Source: a cyanobacterium endosymbiont of Epithemia turgida isolate EtSB Lake Yunoko (GTDB lineage: Bacteria > Cyanobacteriota > Cyanobacteriia > Cyanobacteriales > Microcystaceae). Taken from it: a stretch of DNA of 32,000 nt. Location of the stretch: positions 1,260,001-1,292,000 of the forward strand of contig NZ_AP012549.1 of assembly GCF_000829235.1 (NCBI RefSeq). Direction: 5' to 3'. The notes beneath the pieces are model-generated. The model had not been told where the DNA came from. It ran no database searches and saw nothing but the letters and a program-made list of their open reading frames with translations. Positions 18,559 through 29,838 of this stretch are shown here, piece by piece (positions within the stretch are counted from its first letter, which is position 1; every line of letters starts with the position of its first letter). The position numbers were made by a program, and so were the translations under genes.

Positions 18559-21426
18559 TTAAGACTTTCCTCCTTGGTATTGTTTTAAAGTTTGTTTTAA
18601 ATATTTTCCTGTGTAAGAATTAGAATTACTAGCAACTTGTTCTGGAGTTCCTAGAGCAATGATTTCTCCTCCTTTATCTCCTCCTTCTGGACCCAAATCA
18701 ATAACCCAATCCGCACAACGTATTACATCTAAGTTATGCTCAATCACTAGTATTGAATTTCCTTTATCCACTAAACGTTGCAACACATTCAATAGATGAT
18801 GAACATCATAGAATGATAATCCTGTTGTTGGTTCGTCAATCAAATAGATGGTTTTTCCAGTTGCCCTTCTAGACAATTCTGAGGCTAATTTAACCCGTTG
18901 TGCTTCTCCTCCCGATAAGGTTGGTGAAGACTGCCCTAATTTAATATAACCTAACCCAACATCCGCTAAGGTTTGTAGCCTTTTCATGATTTTAGGAATA
19001 TTGTGGAAAACGCCTAACGCTTCTTCAATTGTCATGTTTAAAACATCAGCAATAGAATAATCTTTATACTTAACTTGTAGGGTCTCTCGATTGTATCTTG
19101 CTCCTTTGCAAACCTCACACTTAACATAAACGTCAGGAAGAAAATTCATCTCAATAACATTAACTCCCTGACCGCCACACATTTCACACCTCCCCCCTTT
19201 TATATTAAAAGAAAATTGACCTTGTTTGTATCCTCTGGCTTTCGCTTCAATGGTTTGGGAAAAAAGCTCTCTGATACTATCAAGAACTCCTGTATAAGTA
19301 GCAGGATTGGATCGGGGTGTTCTGCCAATAGGAGATTGATCAATAACAATTACTTTGTCTATAGACTCCAATCCCGTCATTCTAGCTAATTCTTTAGGAA
19401 AAGGAACATGACGAGTTAAATGATGTTGTAGGGCAGGATATAACAATCCATTAACTAATGTAGATTTTCCTGATCCTGAAACTCCTGTAATACACACTAA
19501 TTTACCTAAAGGAATTTCAATGTCAATATTTTTTAGATTATTTTTGTGACAACTAATTAGCTTTAAATACGCTCCATTTCCAGAACGACGTTTAGCCGGA
19601 GTTTTTATTACTTTTCTCCCAGATAGATAATCTGCTGTTAGGGATTTATCGGTTTGAATCAATGTTTTAAAATCACCCTGGCAGATAATATGTCCACCAT
19701 GAATTCCTGCAAGGGGTCCAATATCAACAAGATGGTCCGCACTGCGGATTGTCTCTTCATCATGTTCAACAACAATCAAGGTATTCCCCAAGTCTCGCAG
19801 CTTTTTGAGGGTATTTAATAAACGTCCATTATCCCGTTGGTGTAAGCCAATACTAGGTTCATCCAATACGTATAACACTCCTGTCAATCCTGAGCCGATT
19901 TGGGTGGCTAAACGGATACGTTGTGCTTCTCCTCCTGACAAGGTCTTAGTTCCTTGATGTAGGGTTAAATAATTTAACCCTACATCAAGGAGGAATTGTA
20001 GGCGATTTTTGATTTCTTTTAGAGCTAATTGTCCAATTAACTGTTGTCTTTGAGTCAATTCCAATTCATTAATTTTTTCTAAACATTTATCAATAGAAAC
20101 GCTAGTTAATTCATCAATCGTATATTGACCTAACCTGACAGACAAAGATTCAGTTTTTAATCGCTTTCCTTGACAAATTTCACAAGTTTTATCAATCAAA
20201 TATTTTTCTAGTTTTTGTTTAACAATATCAGATTTAGCTTCTTTATAATTCTGCTCTAACATTGTTAGAATACCATCAATAATACGGTAGCAACCTTCAT
20301 TGTTATCAGCGCCAATATTTCTAAAATAGATAGGTTCTTTTATCCCATAAAGTAAGATTTCTTGTTGCTCTTTAGTTAATTTATTCCAAGGAGTTTGAAT
20401 ATCAAAACCGTAGGTTTGACCCACACTATAGATAAAAGAAAGATAGAAAGAATTATCTTTTTCTGACCAAGGAGCGATTGCAGCATACAAAGGTATAGAA
20501 GGATCAGGAATTACTAAATCAGGGGAAAATTGACGCAAACTTCCTAACCCATGACAATTAGGACAAGCACCATAGGGAGAATTAAAAGAAAATAAACGGG
20601 GAGATAATTCTTCGAAAACTGCACCATGTTCGGGACAAGCAAAGTTTTCAGAAAATATAATTTCTGAAGTCTTTTTGTCGTTACAGTTATTATTATCATT
20701 TAAATCTACAATATCAATAATTGCTAGTCCGCTTGATTGATGTAAACAGGTCCTCAAAGAATCTGTTAGTCGTTCCTCAATTCCTTCTTTTTTTATTAGA
20801 CGATCTATAATAATTTCAATATCATGATAATGATTTTTATTTAAGTTAAAAGTACCAGAAAGTTCACGAACTTCCCCATTAATTCTGACTCGAACAAATC
20901 CTTGAGAAGCTAAGCTAGATAATAACTTTTTATGAGTGCCTTTTTTTCCTCGTACCACAGGGGATAAAAGTTGAAATTTGGTGCGATCTTTAAGTTTCAT
21001 AACATGATCACACATTTGATCAACGGTTTGTGGTGTGATACTGCGATCACACACTGGACAATGAGGTTCTCCAGCTCTTCCAAACAATAACCGTAGATAA
21101 TCATAAATTTCTGTGACTGTCCCTACTGTAGACCGAGGGTTATGGGACGTTGACTTTTGGTCGATGGAAATAGCCGGGCTTAACCCGTTAATCGCATCTA
21201 CATCTGGCTTATCTAATTGCCCCAAAAACTGTCTCGCATAAGTGCTTAAAGACTCTACATAACGCCGTTGTCCCTCTGCAAAGATGGTATCAAAGGCCAA
21301 AGACGACTTACCCGAACCCGAAACCCCTGTAAAAACAATCAGGCGATCACGAGGAAGATCTAAATTAATGTTTTTTAGATTATGTTGTTTTGCGCCCCGA
21401 ATGTGTATAGTATCGAAATCAGACAT
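18559..21426 (-). CDS. uvrA: Excinuclease ABC subunit A
   Basis: 955 aa. Two ABC modules with Walker A GVSGSGKSS and GVSGSGKST, two LSGGEAQR signatures, and zinc-finger CxxC pairs (CPVCD, CPNCHG, CEICQG, CEMCGG...CEVCKG). Confidence 0.95.
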   Translation of the reverse strand: MSDFDTIHIRGAKQHNLKNINLDLPRDRLIVFTGVSGSGKSSLAFDTIFAEGQRRYVESLSTYARQFLGQLDKPDVDAINGLSPAISIDQKSTSHNPRSTVGTVTEIYDYLRLLFGRAGEPHCPVCDRSITPQTVDQMCDHVMKLKDRTKFQLLSPVVRGKKGTHKKLLSSLASQGFVRVRINGEVRELSGTFNLNKNHYHDIEIIIDRLIKKEGIEERLTDSLRTCLHQSSGLAIIDIVDLNDNNNCNDKKTSEIIFSENFACPEHGAVFEELSPRLFSFNSPYGACPNCHGLGSLRQFSPDLVIPDPSIPLYAAIAPWSEKDNSFYLSFIYSVGQTYGFDIQTPWNKLTKEQQEILLYGIKEPIYFRNIGADNNEGCYRIIDGILTMLEQNYKEAKSDIVKQKLEKYLIDKTCEICQGKRLKTESLSVRLGQYTIDELTSVSIDKCLEKINELELTQRQQLIGQLALKEIKNRLQFLLDVGLNYLTLHQGTKTLSGGEAQRIRLATQIGSGLTGVLYVLDEPSIGLHQRDNGRLLNTLKKLRDLGNTLIVVEHDEETIRSADHLVDIGPLAGIHGGHIICQGDFKTLIQTDKSLTADYLSGRKVIKTPAKRRSGNGAYLKLISCHKNNLKNIDIEIPLGKLVCITGVSGSGKSTLVNGLLYPALQHHLTRHVPFPKELARMTGLESIDKVIVIDQSPIGRTPRSNPATYTGVLDSIRELFSQTIEAKARGYKQGQFSFNIKGGRCEMCGGQGVNVIEMNFLPDVYVKCEVCKGARYNRETLQVKYKDYSIADVLNMTIEEALGVFHNIPKIMKRLQTLADVGLGYIKLGQSSPTLSGGEAQRVKLASELSRRATGKTIYLIDEPTTGLSFYDVHHLLNVLQRLVDKGNSILVIEHNLDVIRCADWVIDLGPEGGDKGGEIIALGTPEQVASNSNSYTGKYLKQTLKQYQGGKS

Positions 21427-21891
21427 GTCATTACTCCTTAATAATAATAACGTGATTTTAGCTAGTTGTTTTTAGTTTGTTAAATAACATAGGTCGAAAC
21501 GGCTTTTATCTTGTAGTAATTGAAGTTACTATTGCATTGATATGTGGACATATTATTTCCCGTAGGTGACTAATTGCAAAATTTTCTCTACAAAGTAGAA
21601 TTTATTGTTTTATAGATTTCTAAGTTTTAAAATTATCCCTCGTCTTCTATTCTTAGATAAAGAACCCTCACTAAACTCTATGGGGGAAATCCTATTTAAT
21701 TTAAGTCTTTAGCATTGAAATACTATTCTTCTTTTCATAACACAATATTTTGTAATCTACCTATTTGACTTTTTTTTTAAGAATAAAGAGTAATTTTTAT
21801 CCTAACTTTTGTTCTTTTTATTCATATCCCTTTTTAGGGATCTTATAAATTATTCCGGAAGTTAATTTAAATTTACTCTTTTTTTATACTT

Positions 21892-21930
21892 AAATAACTG
21901 TTAATTATTATAAATAATTAACAGTTATTT
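21892..21930. repeat. 39-bp perfect palindrome (18-bp arms, 3-nt centre) in an AT-rich spacer
   Basis: aaataactgttaattatt-ata-aataattaacagttattt, followed on the + strand by tcttttt. It lies 465 bp upstream of uvrA, with no + strand gene for it to terminate. Confidence 0.6.
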
Positions 21931-23090
21931 TCTTTTTACCTATCGAAGCATACAGCAATAATTTTTTAAAAAATTAAATTTTTTGATAGCTTTACCCAGT
22001 ATACATTTTTTGAAACTTTTGATACTTTTAAATCTTAACAGAATATTTTTGCTCTAATTATGAAAATAATCTTTCAATCTAGAGTTGTTTTTAATAGGTT
22101 TTATTTTTCGAAAAATGTTAGCTAAATTTTAAAATAAATCAATATACAATAATTTCTATTTTAGAATCATTTAATTTTACTTACTCAACACGGTAACATT
22201 AACATAGTTAATATTATAGCTAATAATAGTATTAAAGCAACTTTTAAAGACTAAATATATTAGATATAAGTAAGTAGATACATAGTTTTCTGAAATCTTA
22301 ATTTTAGGTTCACAAAAAATGATATTTTATATAAAATTTTAAAGATTTTTTTCAAAAGATATCAAGACCCCGTTTTGATATTCAATTATATACTTATATT
22401 TTATGATATAACGGTACAATTTAATGAATTAATGTAGCAAATTACAAAAATAATTATTATATTAATCATTTATAAAAATTAGTAAAAATTAATTAATTTC
22501 AAAAATTAGGTTTAATAAAATTTATTTTTTTCAAATAAAGTACTTATTTATAATACTTGATTTACGATTAATGTTAATATATATAGCTATAGAGAATAGT
22601 AAAGTAAATACACCTATATTTTTTTATTTAATTAAACAATTTTACATAAAAGTATTAACGGATATATCTATTATGGTGTTTATATATATTGATAGATAAC
22701 AGATTACCTAATAATTAATGTTAACTATATTTATTCAGAAAATAAATTTGGAGTCAACGGGTTTACTGGAAGTGAATGAGTAAAGATATCATCACTTAAT
22801 GATTAAGTAAATAAAACTAAGTTTTTACTCCATTTTTTTTAAAAGACTAAAAACCTGCATGTCCTTCAAGATATTAATTTTAGATATATCACAAATTTAT
22901 TAACAGAAAAAAATTAAAGTAATGAGTATTTTTTTAAACGTTGTTTAGTAAGTAATATCATGCCAATATCAATTTAATAGGATAAAATACTGTCAAGTTG
23001 TTTAAAGAAAGCAGAATATAATTAAGCTAAGTCTTAGTCTTAACTATTCTAGGGAGTAAACCATCATTGACTCATAATTTTCTAAGTTAC

Positions 23091-23696
23091 TTAGAATATA
23101 AGTGGTTGTCCAATATCCCCAAAAATACAGGTTTTCGCTAAGGCTTTTTTTAACAAACTCTTATACTTTTTGTCACTAACTTTATAAGCTCCAAACCTTT
23201 CGAGATGAGGATTTTGTAATTGAGCATCAAACAATACAAAATCTTTTTTTTTAAGATATTTCACTAACTCAACCATTGCTACTTTAGAAGCATCAGGAAT
23301 CCGATAAAACATCGATTCTCCAATAAATACGCCCCGAATAGCAATTCCCAAAATTCCTCCAGCTAACTCATTTCCTTGCCAGGTTTCAAAACTATAAGCC
23401 CAACCCTGTTGATAGAGGTTGTAGTAAATCTTGATTAGTTGGGGTGAAATCCAAGTCGTTTCTCGCTCAGCACATCCTCGACAAACTCCTAAAAAATCTC
23501 GGTTAATCTCTACTAAAAATCGTTTTTGATTGAGAATACGTCGTAAAGACTTCGGATAGTGAAAACGTTCATCAAGAGGAATTAAAGCCCGTTGACGACT
23601 TGAATACCAACCTATCACACCCATTTCATCGGCCATTAAAAAATAACCTTGAGCATATCCTTGTATAATACGGTCCGTACCTTCAGCAAACTCCAT
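23091..23696 (-). CDS. aat: Leucyl/phenylalanyl-tRNA--protein transferase
   Basis: Family-typical sequence ...QGYAQGYFLMAD...ALIPLDERFHYPKSLRRIL...TWISPQLIKIYYNLYQQGWAYSFETW..LAGGILGIAIRGVFIGESMFYR...ASKVAMVEL. The track ORF extends to 23816, but the first 40 codons look non-homologous. I prefer the ATG at 23696 (MEFAEGTDRII..., 201 aa). Confidence 0.85.
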   Translation of the reverse strand: MEFAEGTDRIIQGYAQGYFLMADEMGVIGWYSSRQRALIPLDERFHYPKSLRRILNQKRFLVEINRDFLGVCRGCAERETTWISPQLIKIYYNLYQQGWAYSFETWQGNELAGGILGIAIRGVFIGESMFYRIPDASKVAMVELVKYLKKKDFVLFDAQLQNPHLERFGAYKVSDKKYKSLLKKALAKTCIFGDIGQPLIF

Positions 23697-24270
23697 TGCA
23701 GTTTTTTGTGATTGACAAATTTTTATGGTCGCTGACCTATTTCTCCAACTACCCTGCCCTCTTAAACTCTGCTTGCTTAAGAGTTTATTTCCAAATCTAT
23801 ATAGTCCAATAAGCAATCCAGATTCCTATTTGCAAGCAACCAGAATGACTTAAGTTCTTCCATCATTGCCATTCTAACGGAAATGCCAGCTTTTTACTTT
23901 TGAGAAAAATTCTTTAGCGAGTATGCTGTAGTTCATCTAGTAAGTAATTATCTCTTTGAGAACTTAGGAATTAATTGCTGTTGTGGACGACAATAAAAAC
24001 CTCTCAAAGAGAACAGTTTTTTATTGATGTTTATTTTATTCTATTGAATCATAACTATTGGCTAAGAACAGTGTAGAGAAACTCAATACAATGTTCAATC
24101 TATGATTAAGGACTCCAAAGACATCAGAAAAGACTGAAAGCCTTAATCAAGACTTTTAGCTAAGAAGGTTTTAAGAGACTGGGCTGCTTTGTCTTGAAAT
24201 CGACAAACAATGACCAATTATCATTGGCTAACAACTGGTCACTTAATTCCATTAACTATCCACTGAATCA

Positions 24271-24573
24271 TTACCAACTAGACTTAACAACACCAGGTAA
24301 TAACCCTTCATGTGCCCATTCCCGTAAAACATTACGAGATAAACCAAAATCTCTATAATAAGCCCTAGGACGACCTGTTACCATACAACGGTTCCGACGA
24401 CGATTAGGTGCACTGTTGCGGGGAAGACGTTGAAGTTTACGATGAAGATCCATCTTTTCTTCATAAGTCTCAGCAAGGCGGAATTCTTCTTTGATAGTTT
24501 CCCGCTCCTCGGCATACTTTTCTACCAAGCGAGCGCGCTTTTTTTCCCGCTCAATCATCGATTTTTTAGCCAT
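24271..24573 (-). CDS. rpsN: 30S ribosomal protein S14 (long, non-zinc form)
   Basis: 100 aa: [20 protein letters not shown]...[52 protein letters not shown]. Confidence 0.95.
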   Translation of the reverse strand: MAKKSMIEREKKRARLVEKYAEERETIKEEFRLAETYEEKMDLHRKLQRLPRNSAPNRRRNRCMVTGRPRAYYRDFGLSRNVLREWAHEGLLPGVVKSSW

Positions 24574-25235
24574 AAGTTTTTTTGTTTAAAATTCAAAGAC
24601 AACGCCTTTCATCATATCGTATTATTGTGAGGACGGGGCGTGTTTGTTTCAGTAGAGTAGAGATAATTTTTTTAAAAAATAAAAAATCTCATTACATAAC
24701 ATAATCAGCACAAACTGTGACAGTCTCATAATATCTTAGGATTTGGCAATAGCTAAGCTGAATATCTCGGCAACAATGAACATTAATTGTTTGCCAATAC
24801 TATTTATAAACCATAGACTCAAAGAAATTAGTTGAGGTAAAGCAAAACTATCGATCATTGCTGGTGTTCAGATAACGTTTCAACAATTTAGAGATTATAT
24901 TAATTACCGAAAGGATTAGAAATCGAGAAGATTATCTATCTTTCATAGAGACAAAGATATGTTTTATATACAGAGGGAATATTTTTGTGAACTCGCCTTA
25001 GAATCCTATATTGGGAATAGATGAGGGTCAGCTAACCTGAATCAGCAAGAAAAAGTACAAGACAAGCTAAACGGTAACAGGGATTAAGAGGAAAAAACAA
25101 ATGGAGTAAAAATACTGAAAATTATTAAAGAAAAAGGAACCTTTAACCAAAGACTAACATCCATGATCATGACGACAGACAATTGTTTCGCAAGTTTAAT
25201 GTCATCAAAGGGCGGTTTATGGTGATGAGGTAAAC

Positions 25236-26747
25236 ATGACCGATAGTTTTGAAAGAATGTCCACAATAACTGGTCTTCAACAAACACCAGTTCCTAGAAA
25301 ATTTCCTAAATCTGGTAAATATATCTATAAGTCAAGAAATACCTCTCCAACCAAGATTCATGCTAAAACTCTCCGTTCAAAAGGACTTATCCCTTTTTAT
25401 CGTGGATTGTTATGGGGGATCACATTTAGTTGTACAGCTGCACTATCTGCTACTGTTGGGGCGACCATTACCCTCTTCAGTCCTTTATCAGAAAAGTTAA
25501 TTCCTTTTATTGAGCAGATACAACTTCCTTGGGAACAAAAAATTTTAAACCCTGAGACTGGCACTTCATCCGCCATAATACCTCAACCACAGCAAAAAGA
25601 GGAAGGGTTAATCTTACAATATCGATTGTCTCGTCCTGTCAATATTTTAGTCTTGGGAATTGATCGAGTTCCTGATGCCCCACCAGGAAGTTTAGATGCT
25701 TTTGGAGGGCGTAGTGACACAATTTTAATATTACGCTTTGATCCCAGCGATTATTCAGTAAAAATGCTCTCTATTCCCAGGGATAGCAGAGTTAATATCC
25801 CAGGGATAGGATACACCAAGGTTAATGATGCTAATATTTATAGAGGTCCAGCTTTGACTGCCAGGGTTTTGAGTAAAACGTTGAATGATGTCCCTATTGA
25901 TCGCTATGTTCGAGTCACCACTGATATTTTTATAAAATTAGTGAACTTGGTAGGTGGTGTGGAGGTCTTTGTTTCTCATCCCATGAAATATGAAGATAAA
26001 ACCCAGAACTTAAAAATTGACCTTAAAGTAGGACAGCAAATTCTCAGTGGGGAACAAGCCGAACACTTTGCTCGTTTTCGTAAAGATAGTTATGGAGATA
26101 TTGGACGGGTACAACGACAACAAATATTACTAAAAGCTTTGCTAAAACAACTATACGCCCCCACTATTTTACCCCACATTCTAAAAGCAATTAGTCTTCT
26201 TGAACAGAGCATTGATACTAATCTCACCTGGGAAGAAATGTTGACATTAGCTAATTTTGGGCGGCAAGTAGAACGGAAAAACCTTCAAATGGTAATGTTA
26301 CCTGGACGGTTTAGTCAGGAAAACGAATTTGATTCTCGTAGCTATTGGGTTCTTTCCTCAGGGGGGATTGATCAAATTATGCAAGAATACTTTGATGTTA
26401 CCTCTGAATGGAAACCTCTACGCCATCGTTCTTCGAACCGGGTCAGAATTGCCTTACAAAATGCAACCGATGATCCCAGATTAGGAAAACGGATGGTGGA
26501 ATATTTGGCGGGTCATGACTTTCATAACGTCTATGTGATTAAAGACTCGCCTCGACTTCTGGGTGAGACAGAAATTGTTGTGCAGAAAGGAGATCTAAGA
26601 GCTGCCCAACAGTTGCAAACCCTTCTGGAACTAGGTAGAGTAGAGGCATCTTCTACAGGAGATTTGGATTCCCAAATAACTTTACGAATCGGTCTTGATG
26701 CCAAAAAGTTAGTGTTAGGGGATAGTTTTATTGAAACTAGCGAGTAG
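25236..26747 (+). CDS. LCP (LytR-CpsA-Psr) family cell-envelope protein with an N-terminal TM anchor
   Basis: 503 aa. TM segment GLLWGITFSCTAALSATVGATITLF. LCP core NILVLGIDR...GRSDTILILRFDP...MLSIPRDSRVNIPG...VNDA... and ...GEQAEHFARFRKDSYGDIGRVQRQQ. A LytR_C-like C-terminal region follows (VRIALQNATDDPRLGKRM). Confidence 0.8.
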   Translation: MTDSFERMSTITGLQQTPVPRKFPKSGKYIYKSRNTSPTKIHAKTLRSKGLIPFYRGLLWGITFSCTAALSATVGATITLFSPLSEKLIPFIEQIQLPWEQKILNPETGTSSAIIPQPQQKEEGLILQYRLSRPVNILVLGIDRVPDAPPGSLDAFGGRSDTILILRFDPSDYSVKMLSIPRDSRVNIPGIGYTKVNDANIYRGPALTARVLSKTLNDVPIDRYVRVTTDIFIKLVNLVGGVEVFVSHPMKYEDKTQNLKIDLKVGQQILSGEQAEHFARFRKDSYGDIGRVQRQQILLKALLKQLYAPTILPHILKAISLLEQSIDTNLTWEEMLTLANFGRQVERKNLQMVMLPGRFSQENEFDSRSYWVLSSGGIDQIMQEYFDVTSEWKPLRHRSSNRVRIALQNATDDPRLGKRMVEYLAGHDFHNVYVIKDSPRLLGETEIVVQKGDLRAAQQLQTLLELGRVEASSTGDLDSQITLRIGLDAKKLVLGDSFIETSE

Positions 26748-27125
26748 TTCAATTGAGAGTAGGCTATAAAACAAGTTGAGGGTTTGCTCTGGAATAATAT
26801 CAGGTGGAGTCAGGCTGTTGTCACTAACTAGTTTATTGGTGCTCTTAGATACTTATCTAGCCTTAGCCAGAGACAAAATAAAGTTATACGTTCTCCGAAT
26901 TACAGGGTCAAGACTTCTTTGATAAATATTTAGGCGTATTTGCAGCGGCCTATTTACGGCAGATTAATTTTGAGGTATCAAATCTATTTTGATGAAATTT
27001 TAATTCAAGGAGTGCTGCTCAAAGCGAATTTATGAGGAGTAAATCTGATGAATTTCTTAGTCACGTAAATTGGATTTTGCTGACTTACACTAATGCCATT
27101 TTAGTTGATATGATTACTAGTCGTA

Positions 27126-27154
27126 CCCGCTCTATCACATCGTGATAGAGCGGG
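27126..27154. other. Strong GC-containing hairpin (13-bp perfect stem, 3-nt loop) in the LCP-dxr spacer
   Basis: cccgctctatcac-atc-gtgatagagcggg. There is no U-tract on either side. It lies 230 bp upstream of dxr and 380 bp downstream of the LCP gene. Confidence 0.6.
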
Positions 27155-27384
27155 GTGGGGATTTGACCAATTTTGTGATTGATAGCCATTTAGTTAGTTT
27201 CCTGTATGTGTGATGAGATAGCTGATGGAGTTAACCTTGTCCCTCGAGTAAGTGAACGAAATAGTTTAGACTGTCGTTAATGCACAACCCTGGGTTAAAT
27301 TCATCACTACTCACAATATGAGGATTCTTCATGGTATTTTGGGGTAAGGACTTTTCCCGACATTTTCCTTAATCCTTAAGCATC

Positions 27385-28581
27385 GTGAAGAAAATCTCTA
27401 TCCTTGGTTCCACTGGCTCTATTGGTACGCAAGCTCTGGATATTGTTAGCAAATACCCTGAACGATTTCAAGTTGTGGGGTTAGCTGCCAACGATAATGT
27501 CCAATTGTTGGCGCAGCAAATTAAGAAGTTTCGACCTGAAATTGTAGCTATTTGTAACGAAAGTAAAATAGAGCTCCTCAAAGAAACTGTTGCTTCTCTC
27601 GACTATTCTCCTATCCTGCTTACTGGAGAAGTAGGGGTTACGGAAGTAGCCTGTTACGGAGACTCAGAAAGTGTCGTCACCGGAATTGTAGGCTGTGCAG
27701 GTTTGTTGCCCACAATAGCAGCTATTGAAGCGGGGAAAAATATCGCCTTAGCTAACAAAGAAACGTTAATTGCGGGGGGACCAGTAGTACTCCCTTTAGT
27801 AGAAAAACATGGGGTTAAATTACTTCCTGCTGACTCAGAACATTCTGCTATTTTTCAATGTTTACAAGGGGTTTCTCCCGAAGCATTGCGCCGCATTATT
27901 TTGACGGCTTCTGGGGGAGCTTTCCTAGACTGGCCAGTAGAAAAATTACACTTTGTCACCGTTGACGATGCCATAAAACATCCAAATTGGTCAATGGGAC
28001 GTAAAATCACGGTAGACTCAGCCACCCTGATGAATAAAGGATTAGAAGTCATCGAAGCTCATTATTTGTTTGGGTTAGATTACAAAAACATCGACATCGT
28101 GATTCACCCACAAAGTATTATTCATTCCTTAGTTGAATTACAAGATACCTCAGTGTTAGCCCAGTTGGGATGGCCTAATATGCGTCTTCCCTTGTTGTAT
28201 AGTTTATCCTGGCCTGAACGGATTTATACTGATTGGGAACAACTTGATTTAATTAAAGCCGGTAGTTTAACCTTCTGGGAACCGGATTATCAGAAATATC
28301 CCTGTATGCAGTTAGCTTATGCCGCCGGAAGAGCAGGGGGTGTAATGCCAGCAGTATTGAATGCAGCTAATGAGCAAGCAGTAGCTTTCTTTTTGGAAAA
28401 GAAAATTACCTTTCTTGATATTCCCAAATTAATTGAGATTGTTTGTGGTCGCTTTACGAATCATAATACTTTAACACCGACTTTAGAAGAGATTTTAGAA
28501 ACTGATCGCTGGGCTAGAGAAGCAGTAGTTCAAGCTTTCCAAGAATTAGCCAAAGGCGATAAAATTATGTTTATAAAATAA
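27385..28581 (+). CDS. dxr: 1-deoxy-D-xylulose 5-phosphate reductoisomerase
   Basis: 398 aa with a GTG start. Motifs [66 protein letters not shown]. Confidence 0.95.
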   Translation: MKKISILGSTGSIGTQALDIVSKYPERFQVVGLAANDNVQLLAQQIKKFRPEIVAICNESKIELLKETVASLDYSPILLTGEVGVTEVACYGDSESVVTGIVGCAGLLPTIAAIEAGKNIALANKETLIAGGPVVLPLVEKHGVKLLPADSEHSAIFQCLQGVSPEALRRIILTASGGAFLDWPVEKLHFVTVDDAIKHPNWSMGRKITVDSATLMNKGLEVIEAHYLFGLDYKNIDIVIHPQSIIHSLVELQDTSVLAQLGWPNMRLPLLYSLSWPERIYTDWEQLDLIKAGSLTFWEPDYQKYPCMQLAYAAGRAGGVMPAVLNAANEQAVAFFLEKKITFLDIPKLIEIVCGRFTNHNTLTPTLEEILETDRWAREAVVQAFQELAKGDKIMFIK

Positions 28582-29162
28582 ATTCAAATTTTAAAATTCT
28601 TTACGAAGTTTAATAACATTAAGTCTTTCAATAGCGGTGAAGATTATGTGAGAGATGATTCCATGCTGATTTTAGGAAAAGTTATTATTTATTGTCGATG
28701 TTCTGTTCTGGAGTTAGATAAAGTAGATTTTATCTTTAGATTTATTCGGCACTTGTTTTGATTCCGACTCCAATGAAAATTGATTTACCTCTGACGATGT
28801 TGTCAATGATGCGTTTGGAATTAAACTTTTAAAGGATCAGTTTTGCCAGAATTTTGCAAAGAATGGACTTAAACTCTGAAGAGTTAGGCTTAACTAACAA
28901 ATTACTTACTCAATCTATTATGAATTCAATTTGCAAAGGTAGGTTTTTTTGACTAAGGAGTTAGTTTTTTGCCAACGATTAATTTAGCATGACTGAATAC
29001 TATGAATACGACTGGTACAAGAACTTTGTATACAACTTCTCTACCGACCATCTGTAGTAAACCTAAAAGCGATTTCAGATAAGCAGTGATAAAATTAAGT
29101 TTATAGTGAAAACTATAATTTTTTAGTAAAAAATTTGGGATAAACATAGCAGTTTTTATCTT

Positions 29163-29588
29163 CTATTTTTTTGTTTGCTGCTGATTTTGTAACAATTCAA
29201 TAATTTTAGTATTGGCTTTTGGAAAAGAAAAATTATGAATTTCATCTAAAGTTACCCAACAAATTTTTTCACATTTGACGGGTTTAGGTTCTCCTGTTAA
29301 ATAACGGCAGCGGTGAACAATTAAAGTAACTTTAAAATGAGTATAAGCATGATCTAATGTAATAAGATGTTCTCCAACTTCTATCTCAATATCAATTTCT
29401 TCTAAAATCTCCCGTTTAATACAATCTTCAACAGTTTCATTTGGTTCAAATTTTCCTCCTGGAAATTCCCATAAACTACCAAGTAATCCTTTGTTAAGAC
29501 GACGATCAATTAAAACTTTTCCACCTTCATTATAGATGACAGCAACGCCTATTTTTTTGTGTGTTAAAAGATTAGAGTTTTCAGGCAT
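29163..29588 (-). CDS. mutT: NUDIX hydrolase, MutT-like (8-oxo-dGTP diphosphatase type)
   Basis: 141 aa. Nudix box GKFEPNETVEDCIKREILEEIDI (G-x5-E-x7-REUxEE). Overall MutT-like layout (...LWEFPGGK..., ...W.....I..F.FP.AN..I). Confidence 0.75.
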   Translation of the reverse strand: MPENSNLLTHKKIGVAVIYNEGGKVLIDRRLNKGLLGSLWEFPGGKFEPNETVEDCIKREILEEIDIEIEVGEHLITLDHAYTHFKVTLIVHRCRYLTGEPKPVKCEKICWVTLDEIHNFSFPKANTKIIELLQNQQQTKK

Positions 29589-29669
29589 GGGAAGTTGATT
29601 TTTAATTCTTTGTTATCACCAGGGACATAACAAATATTTTAGATTAATTCAAGTACAAAGAATCGCCCC

Positions 29670-29726
29670 TAAGATAGTTTACTTGATAAAAAATACTTAG
29701 TATTTTTTATCAAGTAAACTATCTTA
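29670..29726. repeat. 57-bp perfect palindrome (27-bp arms, 3-nt centre)
   Basis: taagatagtttacttgataaaaaatac-tta-gtattttttatcaagtaaactatctta, verified base by base. It lies 82 bp upstream of the mutT ATG. Confidence 0.9.
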
Positions 29727-29838
29727 TTTCTGTCACAGGATATCTTATCGCTATCTGCAGGAGAATCACGCAAAGAAGTTGATCTAAAGGCTGAACTGAG
29801 AATTGCCCCAATAGTAATTCATCCAATTTCTAGTCACT

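Noticed and set aside
23697-23816. A 40-codon N-terminal extension of aat in the track ORF (MLIGLYRFGNKLLSKQSLRGQGSWRNRSATIKICQSQKTA).
   Set aside because: L/F-transferases of about 190-235 aa start near the QGY..G.F motif. The extension has no family resemblance, so the internal ATG at 23696 is preferred. The longer form is not excluded.
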